A DNA stretch of 59,762 nucleotides, counting the filler, from Diploschistes diacapsis (Eukaryota): the NCBI GenBank assembly GCA_023645945.1. It is 5 parts of 5 records of this genome, joined end to end, with 100 filler letters (N's around TTAATTAATTAA, not from the genome) between each part and the next. Parts side by side here need not be neighbours in the genome. Positions count along the whole stretch, not along the records: positions 11,981 to 23,860 come from JALAIB010000791.1; positions 23,961 to 35,835 come from JALAIB010000792.1; 3 more parts are not named here. One strand, 5' to 3'. A program made the position numbers and the translations under genes. The first letter of the stretch is position 1. Each line of letters starts with the position of its first letter. This document shows, in pieces, positions 12,235 through 25,143 of this stretch. Below the pieces are notes generated by a model that saw nothing but the letters and a program-made list of their open reading frames with translations, made no database searches and had not been told where the DNA came from.

Positions 12235-14044
12235 TTAGCTCTGGTCATCATCCTCACTGTTTGGGGGCGGGTATGTGGCACTGATCAATCTCCGTTAGCA
12301 AAAATCATAAAGAAGAGGGGACGGGTCCAGAGGGCCCAGAAACTCACCCCTCATCCAGCAACGGCACATGGTACGTCTGGCTCCCCAGCGGATCACTCAC
12401 GTTCCCCAGACTGTTCCCCGTATCCGGCAAGCCATACTTCTTGCACGCCTGCAGGTGATCCTGGGGAACCTGCACTCCCTGCAACAGCTCCGGCGCCTCG
12501 ACAATCGTCGCGATCAGCCCGCTCTCCGTGTGCCACTCGATGTGACAGTGCAGCAGCCAGACGCCCGGGTTGTCCGCGCGGAAGCGGATCACGGCGTGCC
12601 CGCCGTTCTGCACCATCAGGGTGTCTCGCCGCATCGGCGTCGCGCTCACGTTGGACGGCGTGGTGCCGCTGTAGTACCCGCCGTTGGGCGCGGTGCGCAG
12701 GAGGGTCTGGAACTGGTGGCCGTGTAGATGGAAGGGGTGCAGGTTGGTGTGGTAGTCGTTCATGACGATTTCGACGACGGCATTGTGCTGGAGGACGAAG
12801 GGGTTCGTTTGACCGTAGACGATGGGGTTGGTGTTGTTGCTGCCGGTGCTTATGGCGGAGTACAGGCTTGGGACTTGCGGGGAGAGGTACGTCTGGCCGT
12901 TGATGGCGAAGCGGGACACGTCAGAGATGTTGGCCGAGTTGAAGTCGAGGATGATCTGGTGGTCGACCGGCTCGAGAAGGGGCTCTTTGTCAAGCGGGTA
13001 AAAGTTCACGTCATCGACAAAGTCGAATTCATAAGTGACTGGTGGCGCTGGCAGGGGTGCAGATTCATCGTACACGAGATGGGCTGTGGCGTTGGGGTTG
13101 AAGCCGGGAGGGGGCGTCTTGCCCTCGTCGAAGAACATCATGTTGACGTCCATTGTGTCGAAGAAGGCGTAGTTCTTCTGTGCAGCGGTCGAATTCAGCG
13201 TTTTGACGAGAACTGATTGGCGCTGGCCCGTCGTCACACGGGATTGCTGGGTGGTGTTCACTTCGTAGGGCTGTGTCCATATACCATCGACTTCCACGAT
13301 CGTCATTGCGTGCTGGTCGAAAAAGAAGCCGTGGCCGGGGAAATTGCCGACGCATATGATGCGGAATAGGTACGTCTTGTCAGGCTCGACTTTCCAGGTT
13401 GTACTGTTAGGGGAGAGGCTGACCAGGGCCGCGTCCGGCTCGGGTTCGTTGCCGTTGTTGCCGTTTTCGTTCGCGTTGGACTGATACTGTTTGATCATGA
13501 CGGGCATTTGCTGGTGGTACCAGTCTGTTAGTGTAACGATGAATTCGCCGTCGATCTGGCCGGCCCAGGGCTCGCCGCCGCGGACGATCAGGGGCCCCCA
13601 GAGGCCGTCCGGGTACTGGCCGAGGTTGTGCGAGTGGTACCAGTAGGTGCCTGATTGGTCGGCCTGATGGACATTAGCTATGCTCGCTTTGCGCGCGGGG
13701 AGCTTGGGACTCACGACGAAGTCGTAAGTGAGGCTGCTGTTGGGAGGGATCGGGCATTGCGAGCCTCCAGTAGTGCCATCCATGTAGGCGGTACCATTCT
13801 GGTGCATTCCGTGCCAGTGTATGCCAGTTGACTGGTTACCAAGTCCATTATAGACTTTGACAACAATCCGATCTCCTACGTCCACATCAATGGTCGGGCA
13901 TGGAAATTGCCCGTTGATGCCAATGACAGGCCTCTCAAAGCCATCCGGTGCAGCAGTAGTCCATCCAATGTGCCAGTCGTGCGTGACTATCTTGGCCAAA
14001 GCCAGCTGCAATGCAGCGACAACACAGAGAAGAAGAGCCAACAT
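12235..14044 (-). CDS. Secreted multicopper oxidase, Fet3/Abr1-like, 3 exons
   Basis: Signal peptide MLALLLCVVAALQLALA; copper motifs HWHG, WYHSH, HPFHLHGH, HCHIEWH; in-frame 51-nt intron 13664-13714; last intron 12281-12347 gives C-terminus ...GATYPPPNSEDDDQS*. Confidence 0.93.
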
Positions 14045-15742
14045 GTTAAGGAATAAAAAATCGAGCAGATTACAAAAAGATGTATTGGCTCGCGATGACC
14101 TGACTTGACTTGATGGCTGTGGAAGGAAAGATAAACAGCACGAGCAGAAGAAGCAGAACGAGAACAAGAGCTGCAGATATTGAAAATTCGTACAAGGAGA
14201 CACAGCATCAGCTCATGACTACTCCATATGTGGTTCGGAAAAAGCAAGCAATACTGCAAACTCGGGTACGAGGTACGGCGTACGCAGTACAAGGAGAGGC
14301 AATAAAAAGGGTTCCTGCTGCTCCATTTCGGCATGAGGCAGACTGGTAAGTGTAGATGGCAAGTGACGCCCTGCATAGAATGAACGATTTACTAAAGACA
14401 GCCGAAGAGATCTCACACAAGCTCACATGCGGGTGCCTCAGTACCTGTCCATCTTGCAGGTCAGACTGCACATCTCGGCGAGCCACTTTCGAGGTCTCGG
14501 CATCCGGGATCGCTCTTCATTGGCTTCGAACCAGAGATGAACGAGTCGCAATACCGTCGTTCTGTAACCCCATAATGACGCCGGTAGCATTCATGCCTTC
14601 CTGTTGTAGATGCAGAGCCTCAGTATCGCTTGAGGTATTCTCGGTCACCCGTTTCCAAATTCTGGCCTCGCTTGATTCTTCTTCTAGGCTCGGTCTTCCC
14701 GGCATATTTCTAGATTAAGGCGCCAAAGCGTAGTCGGCTGGGCCACCTGCGATTGCCGTAGCTGTCCTCACCGTAGCTCATTTTTCGTTAAGCCAGAACG
14801 TGTTGGATTGTCAGAGTCATGATGCTCTGATTGAAGATGTCGTGTCAATCTACCGAGAGGGAGGTTTGGAAAGGGATTAAGCGAGCTTCCCGAAGACTGC
14901 GAGATCCTGATATGGACTCTGTTACTCGCCGCTTTTTCAGCGACAAACAAAAGTAAAAGCAGCGCTGCCAGCTCTGAGAAGTGAGTGTTCACAGCCAGAT
15001 ATCATGGGATGCACTACGAGCATAGCGTACAAGCTCCGTTGCATGACAGCTCGGAATTTGTAGAGGGAGTCTCGTCAAAGCGGTCAAGCTGATCTCTATG
15101 TCCTAAATTCCTTGTACTTAAATATATCTATTTAAGTGGGTGTGACCTCAAACATGTCTAGGGACTAAAGCTTTGATTGTCGCATTATGGAACGACGGAC
15201 TTTAGTATACACTCGCACATGGAGAATGAACAATGAATGGCTAGGTAATGCGCACATGGTACGATGCGGAGGATTATGGGTCTGGGCGGTTGCTCTGAAG
15301 TGCACACAGTCTCTATAGATGCACAAAGCCAGCATAGGATCTGGTGCTGGCTTAGGGAAGCTCAGGACAGAGCTAAAGCCAGTGATGACTGTAGCGACTT
15401 GGACTTCGAAGGCGAGGTTTAACCGCTTCGCATGCCTGTCGCTCAATCTACTCACGGCTCTGTGTGCCTGCTGCTCTTAATCCAGATCACTCCGCGTTAT
15501 GATCCTGACAGGGCGCTTCCTCCACATAAGCGATCTACACAGAAGAGCCGCAGTAAGCAGCGTAGTAGCTTGACTGCTCGGCCCACGTGGCTAGAGTAAG
15601 CCATAAGCGCCAAAGATCTGTCGTGAGTGTTCACATTCAGGGGTCCTGCAAGGCGGTGTCAGACAACTGCTGCAGCATCAAGCACCCCACAATAGCATCT
15701 CGAATCGAGAGCAACCCTCCCGTTTTGTGGTGGCTCCCGCAT

Positions 15743-18018
15743 TTATACGGCCTGTAAAGGTGGGACTGCAAGAGAGGGTCAGCATCCGCATCATCATAAG
15801 CACGGCCAAACGCTCGTCATCACGAGGCTGAAGGCAAGTTACTTACTACTGAATCCATACCCCTCCGTCTGGCCCTGACGGTTGCGCTGATCGATTTCGA
15901 TTCTGTAGCTCACGTCAAGGCCTCTTGGGAAAATTCCCGTTTGCTGACCATTTGCTACGGCGTGCTTGGTGCCTGCCCCACGCTCGCCAGGATGTAAGGG
16001 CGAGTGGCCATCCTTGGGCGGAGTTTCTTTGGACGTGCCGTTCAGCTGGTGTTCTTCGGGGACGCCATTGGCGACAGCTCCTGATGTATCGGCTGGGTGC
16101 TCCTTGACCGGGGTTATCAGAGCGTAGTTTCTGCTTGGCATTGTGACGTCGTTGTAGGATGCTGTTCGCACGCTGTTGCCGGGGTCTTTGTCGAAGAGAG
16201 GCATCAGAGTTTTGTCGGTGTCGCTGTCTAAATGATGTATTCGATTACGACGGGCGAGCATGTTCGCGATAAAGGTTGGCGGTGGTTTATTGGTGATGGC
16301 ACTCGAAACAATATTGGCCATGTATCTGTGATCGTTCTGTGGCTCGATGTTTAGCTTTACGTTTGAGTAAAAGCGGCCCACTGCTGCCAGATGCACATCT
16401 CCACCAAGAATCGTCACGCGCATATTGTGGGCTTTGGCAAATTGTTGAAGCCGCAGGATCAGCTCTTTCCGCTCCTTCTTGTGATGGCGGGACGTGTAGT
16501 GATCGTCCAGGTCATCAAGAATATCAACTTCTCCATTGAAGTGATTGAACAGGCCGCCAGCCATCCCAAACCTCTTGTTCATGAAACGAATGGGGGTTAT
16601 CAAGGGGGATGTCAGGATGTTTTCCAGCCAAGCCAGCCTAGGATATGCGATCGGCACGCCAAGCAGAAGGATTAGATGATTGATTCTTCCAGGAGAGCTT
16701 GCTAGTTCCTGTTGTAGACGCTGAAAGACCAGATCGTATGTTTCTGGATAATTGATCTGATGCCTCGTTCGTTCCATGCGAGCGTCAATGCCAAGGAAAG
16801 CAACGTTAGCCCCTAACCGGGCATAGATATTCAGGCTTCGCTCTTCTACATACGGGCCTGGCTTGAGGCCTTGGATGAAACTAGGATCAAGCTTGCAGGG
16901 GCGGACATAGGTGTTTTCGAGCTGCTTTGGGTCCTGCGCCGGATCTTCCTCGTGGTAGTGCATGGTCTCGGGAGCATCATTGGTAAAGGTAGATGGTGGT
17001 GGAGGAATATGGTGCTGAAAGAGACCTTATAAGTTAGTCTCAACCTCCTGAATGGTGTTCTTAGCGGGGCCCACTGTAGTATTTGAATGCAACACCACCG
17101 ATACCACGAAACACGTTACACCTCATGAAGTGATCAGTGTACGAACCGAACCCGTCTATGATGTCTGGATCAGGTCAGCTCCACCGATTGAAATCTGTGC
17201 TGGCTCGTACCATGATCATCCCAGATATTGATTTGAGGTATCTTTGCATTGGCGCTTGCAAAGGGCTCCATCGAGTACCATCGAATATAGCTGTTATAGT
17301 AGAACTCATCGCAGTCCGCCCTTAGTGACTCAGTAAAGTCGTATTCCCTCCTCTTCACAGGGTTCACAATCTCTGTCCATTCTCTCAACGGTCCAGCAAC
17401 TCTCACTCCGTCATTATATATCTGATCGCCGCCACCAATCATCACGTGGATGGGTCTTTCTTGATGCCTGCGCAGCACATCGTTCCAAAGAGCAGGGCCC
17501 GACCAGGCGGTTTCATCCGTCCCGACCGAAAAGCCATTGCATGAGTGGAACATGATGCGCATCGACTCGTTGGCAGCAGGAACAAAGAACCGGTGCGTTG
17601 ACCTGATCCGTGCCGAAGCACCCGAGGGGTGCTTCGTGTTTAGCAAGGTATATCCCCATTCCGACTCTTTATGCCTCAGTGGTAGATCTATTTGGAACTG
17701 CCAGAATGTCCGGCTAGGGTTTGAATAAAGCTTGACGCCTTCAAACGTACGGCCGGTGGTAGCTTGAATATTGCCTGCCTCCTGAAGCCGTAGTTGCGGC
17801 GTCTGTTCCCCTGTGGTTGCGACAATAAGAACGCTTCCATTCCAAATGGGCTCGGCATCGGGGTTGCTCAAATGTTTGTAGTTCAGCAGTGGCCCACAGA
17901 TGATTGCAATCTCTTCATGTGTCCCGTTCGTCGTTGCTCTCCACGGGCTTGCTGCAAGCTCGAACACAGGGGCTTGCTTAGCACCGGTTGTAGGGGCTGA
18001 GTTGTGAATGCCATTCAT
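15743..18018 (-). CDS. PhoD-like metallophosphatase domain protein, multi-exon
   Basis: MFHSCNGFS, HVMIGGGDQIYND, NIWDDH-DIIDGFGSY, DARMERT, DDLDDHY, ILGGDVHLAA, VSSAITNKPPP. Confidence 0.85.
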
Positions 18019-18919
18019 CGTGCCTTCCTCAACCCCCAAGCCATTAGATTAAATAATGTAGCATATCAAAATTGGCGCACGAACTTCCGAGGCGTAGCGA
18101 CGACGAAACTGGGTATCTCAGAGAATCAAAGGGAAACGCCAAATAATACACCACGCTAAAAAACTAGAATGATCAAGCGTCGCTGTAAAGGAGCGTCATG
18201 AGGTAAAAGAAAGAAAGGAGTGGCTGGAGAGCAGAAGAAGCAACGATGGGCACAGCCATGCTGGAGGTCAGAGGTTTAGCCCTAGCCTTGCCGCTGGCCG
18301 CTTTATTCAACTTCCTCAGTGGTGCTGGCAGCTGGTTGAGCGCAGAGATCGCTGGTACTCAGCACCAATCTTAGCGAACCGAGATCTAAGACCGTGCATA
18401 ACCTTATGCTAATTATTTTAACCTGCACTGTAAGAGGTACAGTAACCTACTACAACATGTATATACTGAGCATGGCCGTCTGCTCGCTCTACAAAAGACT
18501 TGAGAAGCTCCATTACGGCGATCACACTGTACTCTGATCGCAAAACTGCCTAGTTTAGAATGCTTGCGGTGCTTCGACACGTACTATTCATCAAAATTTG
18601 CAGAATGATTTCTTGAAAATGGAGACAGGAGGCATACAATGGGAAGGTGTTTGTTTAAGTGGCAAATGATAGCCATTTCCATGTGCAACATCATTTGTTT
18701 TTAGTTCCATGATCAGGATGCCCCTTGTACCAGCTAGCTGTATGCCCATTAAAGCGCCCCGTAGCCTGCGTAATCTTATGCTGTCAGATCCCACTCAACG
18801 CCATTTTCATGCTATGCATCGGACCCGTTCATCTCTGCGAACATATAATCATGAGGCTAAGTTGCTGCATCGGTTCATGGAGAGACTCGATTCTTCCTTG
18901 TAGACTTGCCCGTCTCGTC

Positions 18920-20336
18920 TCAATAAGCCTGCTGTGGCGGAACGGCGCAAGCTCCATTGGCAGCGTCCGCGGGAATGCTGCCGTTCTGGATCCAAATATC
19001 GACAAGGGGCTGCATCGGCTCGAGATCCTTGTCGCTGAGTAGACCAAAGAGCTTGGCGACAGTCACGAAGTGAACAAAGCACGAGTTAAGGTCGGTCCAG
19101 CCGCTGCTCGGATTCGGGGGGCTCGTATTGTGGATATGCCAGAAAGGATTGACCCAATGCGAGTGGTAGATGTGAGCGTAGATGCGGAAGATTTGACGGA
19201 AGATGGTACGAACATCAGTGAAGAAGTTCTCAGGGAATCCGGCAGACTTCCCTACCCAACTGCGACCAGACAAGCTGGGTAGGGAAGAGCTAAGGCTGGT
19301 GGGTCCGGCAGGTATTGGGGCTTCGTCTCCTTCTGCGACGTTTCCAGAAGCATAGGTGGCAGCACTTGGAGCCAAAGGCTCCGTAGGGAAGGTTCTCGTA
19401 TCGCTCAACTTGCCCTGGATCCACCGGCGGACAAGGCCAATATACTGGTACGCAGGGACCTTGACCGGCTCCTTTGAGGAATTGAGCCAGGTATAAGTGT
19501 GACTTCTAAGTGGATGTTAGTCAATGAATGCTGTAACGGTGTGAGGCAGCATACCTGCCGGCTGACATGACAGGACAGGTGACATGGTTGCATAGCGGAC
19601 GCCCGGTGTTTCCATCAAGCTCTGATATGCATGCCACGAGATTTTCAATATTTCCGAACTGTTCGAATGCTGCGCTGTATTCAGCAACCCGTTGGATCGT
19701 GTAGTCATTTTCGGTTTTCCTACCTTGATGCGCGAGCCAATCACCAAGCTCCACATTCTTGGGTTGAGCCGCGAGTGGCATGAAGTTCCCCTTTACGCCT
19801 AACTTGGCATACTTCTCCTGGAAGAAGAACTTCGGTGGCTCGTCAATCGACGTCTGCTGGCTTGAGGGACTGTCAGATCTCTGCCCGTACGGAGGCATGT
19901 TCTCGGTTGGTGGAAAAGCCGGAGAAGATGGACCTGAGCCGGGGGATTTGGGGTTTCCGCCCTTGCCTTGTTTATTACCACCGCCGAAACGGGATCCCCT
20001 GAAGGTGGGTCAACAACTGAAATTCTCTGACTGCTTTGGTTGATACAGAGTGAAGGTCAGAGGAAGAAGGCGTAGGAGGAAAATCGGAGTAAGCAGAAGC
20101 TTGTCTTTATGCTGCTTGGTGGCACACTGTGTTGAGCATGGAGCTGTTTGAGCCACTTTCTCACAGAAGTAGCCAGTCCACACTCACGTGATTCCCTCTA
20201 TCCGTGAGTAGGATAGAAGCTTTCTTGAACGATAAAGCAGTTGAACAACCCATTGCCCGGCAACACATACACCGAGGAGGGCAACACATGGGTTGAAGAC
20301 GTTGTACACTCACATGTTTGAAAAGAAGCTAGTCAT
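18920..20336 (-). CDS. MOB2: MOB kinase activator (MOB2, Cbk1/COT-1 co-activator)
   Basis: LGVKGNFMPLAAQPKNVELGDWLAHQ, CPVMSAG, YTWLN...VPAYQYI, IFRQIFRIYAHIYHSH, LNSCFVHF; first exon MTSFFSN at 20336. Confidence 0.9.
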
Positions 20337-20700
20337 TTTGAATTTAGGGGATCCCCTCCCACTGTTTCTAAATATATCCGCAGCCTTTGTATCTCCTGCC
20401 GAAAAGTTGCGATTATCGATTACCGGGGGCCGGAGCAGTTGTCGTTCACACAAAGCATTCTGAACATGAAAAGTTCTGTCTAAGCTTTTAACTTGGTCAA
20501 CAGAGAGGAGTATGAACAGTGTCTTACGAGAAAGAGAAAAAGAAGAAACTTTTTCACTGACAGAGAACTGGCGTTTCAGGTTTTGGTTGGGTGAGAATTC
20601 TTCCCTTGTTCCCTGGTTCCCGTCTGGCCCCAGGCCAAAGACAACGTTTGAACATCCCGGGGGAGAGTTAACAGCGTCGGAGTGCGCCCCGCTAAACCCG

Positions 20701-20728
20701 TTAAACCCACTAAGTTAAACCCACTAAG
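20701..20728. repeat. Exact 14-bp direct duplication TTAAACCCACTAAG x2 in the MOB2/LEO1 divergent promoter
   Basis: Seen directly; preceded by a related CTAAACCCG. Confidence 0.85.
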
Positions 20729-20969
20729 TCTCGTAGTCTCAGGGAGCTTTTCCCTACAGCCTCTATCGACTGCCCAATTGTTAGCCCAGTTCCACTCTCT
20801 TTAGTGTAAAATCCCCTGTCCTTGGCGCCTGCCTCACAGAAGGGAGGTGGGACGAGCTAACATCTCAATGGCTGGCTGCAGTGTCCGCTTAGTGCCAGTT
20901 ACTTAGTATCTTTTCTATTGTTGCCAGATACTGTGAGCTGGAACTACAACTTTATCAACGAGCGTCAAG

Positions 20970-22564
20970 ATGACAGATACCTCTTCACCGACAAGCGAGA
21001 TAGACTCTCCAGTTCCCGCAACAAACGGCGTCGCTCCAAGCATAGAAACGAACGGTGATATCAATGATAGCGACGAAGACGTTCAAGCGAGATCTGCGCG
21101 CAAGCATGCCGCACCCGACGAGGAAGACGTGCCGGATCTGGCGGCAGATGACGATGCGGGTGGTCTGTTTGGCTCAGGTTCAGAAGATGAAGGGAGCCGG
21201 TAAGGATTCAACGGCTTGTCGGTTATATGAAACATGTGACTAACTAAACAAGGTCTCCGAAGAGGCGCAAATTAAGTGATGAGGGACTCGACTCCGGCGA
21301 TGATGAGGGCCGCCGCGATATAGCTGGAGACGAGGATGTCGATATGGATGCAGAACGCGGTGAGGAAAGAGAACTCGTCGTTGCACGCATAGACTTGGCT
21401 CGCCATGGGATGCCGCAAGGCAGTGACGGAGAAGTAAGACTTAAGGCCTATGTTAATCTCGCTCCTGCTTACAAACTACAGCTTTTCCTGTTTCGAAACC
21501 CTACATTCATGAGTATCGAGCCAAAAGCATTTTCCGCAGAGTCTTTCAGGCCACCAACCACTGGACATCATGGAGAATCACCCACAACGGCTTTCTCAGC
21601 TGCTACAACTGCCGATTCAACCATTCGCTGGAGAAGAGATCCCGATGATCCTATTAAACTTCAATCGAATGCGCGCTTGATTCGCTGGTCAGACGGCTCG
21701 TTGACACTACAGCATGGTGCATCGCCGGCCGTGCAGCACGAGCTTCCAGCAAAGTCTCTCGCACCGCCTCGAATGAAGTCAAGCAAGCCATTACTCCCGG
21801 TAAGAACCGGAAGATCTTCGGCGTACGATAGCCGCCTCGAGTCCCATACATACTTGGCTTCGTTACATAACTCGGTTGGCTTTGTTCAAATCACCAATCA
21901 CTTGACTGCTTCTCTTACCGTTCACACCTCCAAGGATGACGAAGACGACGCTGTCATTCGTTTACAGGAGGCTATGAGCGCAGCGGTCAAGACAAATAAA
22001 GGCGGAGATGGCGACGGCCCTGGTATCATCAGCATCAAAGAGGATCCCGAACTCGCCAAGCGCAAGGCCGAGATCGCTGAAAAGGAGAAGATGCGCGCGG
22101 AGAAGCGCCGCCAGAACCAAGTAGAACGCGAGCGCGACCGCGCCAACAGAGTCGTTGGACCTCGTGCCCGAGCAAATGGTCTTACCGTTGGCGGACTGGA
22201 GGACGAAGATGGAATGCTCTCGTCACGTGCGAAGCCGAAACCTGCGAGAAGAGCACGGCGAAGAAACAGCGAGTACAGTAGCGACGAGGAGGACGGATAC
22301 CGCAGAAAGACCAAGGAGGACGAGTACGACCAAGACGACGGCTTTCTTGTCGGTAGCGATGAGGAGCCAGAGATTGTGGAAGATGCCAGCGAGGAGGAAG
22401 AATTCGGTGAAGCAGACGCCGAAGGCGACGAGGATGAGGAGGAGGAGGAGGTTGCACAAAAGCCAGCAAAGACGGAGAAGGCTAAAACGCCAGCTGATGA
22501 TGATGACGCCGGAGCGGGCGGAAGGGGCAGGCGAAGGCGCGTTGTAGACGAAGATGAAGACTAG
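20970..22564 (+). CDS. LEO1: Paf1 complex subunit Leo1, 3 exons
   Basis: Acidic N-terminus; PTFMSIEPKAF, TIRWRR, SNARLIRWSDGSLTLQ, DPELAKRKAE, YDQDDGFLV. Confidence 0.9.
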
Positions 22565-23035
22565 TCGAGATGATGTTGATGAAGGCCGTTAATTGAGAAC
22601 TTGGTGTGAGCATTATCTCGTACAGCAAGTATGCCGCAATATCGCATGCATTTGAACGACGAAGAGGTCATATCTGGCGAACCCGAATAGTCATGTAGAG
22701 ACATATCTGAAGCAGAGACATCCTGCACTAAGCAATGTAACACTACATATATCAAGAGCCAAAAGGGCCATCGAGCCTTGATTACTTCTATACCTGTGTA
22801 CCTTCTTGGACACCAAATCTGTTGATCTTCGTTGTTAACGTACAAGCCGAAGCTAACTGGCATGTGATCCTTCATAATGGTGCTCCATTTCTCTATTTGA
22901 TAGCTCATTTCCTCACCACACGTTGCGAATCGATGGTACCTGAGCATGCGTGCACCGACGATATGTTTACCAAACAACCACGGTTTGCGATTCCTTTGTG
23001 GTCGCTGATCACAACAATGTAGCGAGGTAACAACC

Positions 23036-23860
23036 ATGCCATATGGGCTAAAAGATTTCACGGCGGAAGTTGGGGGCTTCTGGTATAAAGTAGGGCCCTA
23101 CTCACCTTCCTACAACAACGGACCTTCTAACAAAAGATGCAGAGAGCGCGACAATGGATGCACAGCAAGAGTCCTATCGAGGTGCTATCAGACCAGCTCC
23201 AAAACGCCTCGTCCTTCGAAGAATGGGAAGCCGCCGCCCTCGCGCTTGACCGGCTGCTGAACACGGACCTGTGGCGTCGCAATCCAACAGGAAAGCACTT
23301 CGACGCTCGGCTCATCCAAGACCGCCTGGACGCTCTCACGATCGCGCAAGAACAAGACGACATCGACCACGTCGTCGCCCTCTTCCGCGCCGGCCTGGTC
23401 CGCAGCCTCGGCAACATCACCAGCCCCGACCTCTACAACGTCGCCTACGCCGGCACCAAGATCCTGATCGACCAGTACATCCGATGCATGTGCCTGGCAG
23501 TCAGCCACCTCGCCGGTCTGCCCGTGCACCGTGACCGCCAGAACGGCATGACGGCCCAGGACAAGATGGACCTGCTGCACGACGCGCGCCAGGCGTACGG
23601 CCGCACCGGGCTCCTCCTGCAGGGCGGCGCCATCCACGGGCTCGGCCACCTCGGTGTCGTCAAGGCCTTGCACCTGCGCGGCCTGCTCCCGCGCATCATA
23701 GTGGGCCATGGCGTCGGCGCGCTCGTGGCGGCGCTGGTCTGCATGCACAAGGAAGAGGAGCTCCTGCCCTTCCTCGAGGGCCAGACGCCGATCCTAGCGC
23801 ACTTCGCCTGCTCGCGCACCACGCCGCCTCCTTCCAACCCCCCCACAGCCGCCCCCCAAG
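23036..23860 (+). CDS. Tgl3/4/5-type patatin-like lipase (DUF3336 plus patatin), 3' truncated
   Basis: SFEEWEAAALALD...WR, RAGLVRSLGNI, YAGTKILI, RQAYGRTGLLLQGGAIHGLGHLGVVKAL...LLPRII. Confidence 0.85.
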
Positions 23861-23960
23861 NNNNNNNNNNNNNNNNNNNNNNNNNNNNNNNNNNNNNNNN
23901 NNNNTTAATTAATTAANNNNNNNNNNNNNNNNNNNNNNNNNNNNNNNNNNNNNNNNNNNN
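23861..23960. other. Artificial contig spacer
   Basis: N44-TTAATTAATTAA-N44. Confidence 0.99.
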
Positions 23961-25143
23961 GGTGGAGGGGATGGCGGGCGTTGGGGGAGATGGGATTAGT
24001 GGCGCTGGTGCCGGCGGAGTGGATGGGAGGACGAAGACGGTTGAGAGACTCGAGAGTGCGGACGAGGTCAGAAGGTGCTTTTACCGCTCTGGCGATACCG
24101 CGTGGGACGAGAAAGAGGGGGAGGAGAGCAAGGAAGGGAACATGGAGAAGGTGTGGGGTGTGAGCGGTTACATGAACCGGGGCAGCGGCTGGGCCGATGC
24201 GGCGGGCGCAATGGAAGGCTTGAGGGAGGTGGTTAGGGGCTTGGCTCTGAAGAGGCAGGTAACAGGAGGAAGTGGAGGGTTTGAGTGGGTGCACGAGAAG
24301 GTGGAGAGGCTGATTTTTGGAAATGTGGACAACGCGGAAGAGAAGGTTGTGCTAGGTGCTGGCCTTGAGGGCGGAGGGGAGATCAGGGCAGATACAACGA
24401 TATTGGCGGCTGGCGCTTGGTCGGCGGCGTTGATGCCCAGGGAACTAGGGCCCAGGCTCAGGGCGAAGGGCCAGGTACTGGGGTATGTAAAGTTGAACCG
24501 GGAGGAGGCGAGCGTGTATAGCGGAAAGCCAGTTATTTACGACATGACGACAGGCAGGTTCATTGTGTCGCCGCCGCCAATTGATGAAGACCCTAAAGCA
24601 CGAATAGAAGGAGATAATGAAGGGGCGATCCTAAAGGTTGCTAGGCACGGCCATGGATATGCGCATAAGGTGAAGGTTGAGGACCCAATTGACGGTGACA
24701 TTCACAAGGTCTTCCTTCCACCACCAGATTTCCAAACTCTGCCCAAAGAAGGTGACGATGATCTGCGTGATTTCCTCCAAATTGTTTTCCCTTCACTAGG
24801 CTCGAAGCATTGGTGCCAGACACGAGTATGCGTCTATACCGACACACCTTCCGGAGACTTTCTGATCGATTGGATTCCCGGATACGGTGACAGCATTCTT
24901 ATTGCTTCCGGTGGCAGCGGACATGGATACAAGTTCACTCCTGTTATCGGAGAGAGGATTGTAGCGAAGTTAGAGAGCAAGCTGGCCGATGAAAATGACA
25001 CATCAGGCTTAGGCAAGATGCTTGAGCAGTTATGGCGATGGAGATCGGACGAAGAGGTCGAGAAAGGATGGCATGGAGCAGGAGACGGTAGTAGAGGAGG
25101 TCCAAAGGGGATGATGTGGGAAGAAGAGATTGCAAAGAGATGA
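23961..25143 (+). CDS. FAD-dependent oxidase (sarcosine / L-pipecolate / fructosyl-amine oxidase family), 5' truncated
   Basis: GYMNRGSGWADA, ILAAGAWS, LKVARHGHGY, RVCVYTDTPSGDFLID, ASGGSGHGYKFTPVIG. Confidence 0.88.

Noticed and set aside
14100..15700. FTR1 permease or riboswitch upstream of the multicopper oxidase
   Set aside because: No RExxE membrane ORF or TPP aptamer core found; the short ORFs look random
23137..25143. Patatin-oxidase fusion, and ORFs ending in X...LIN
   Set aside because: They span the artificial spacer; LIN is the translated linker
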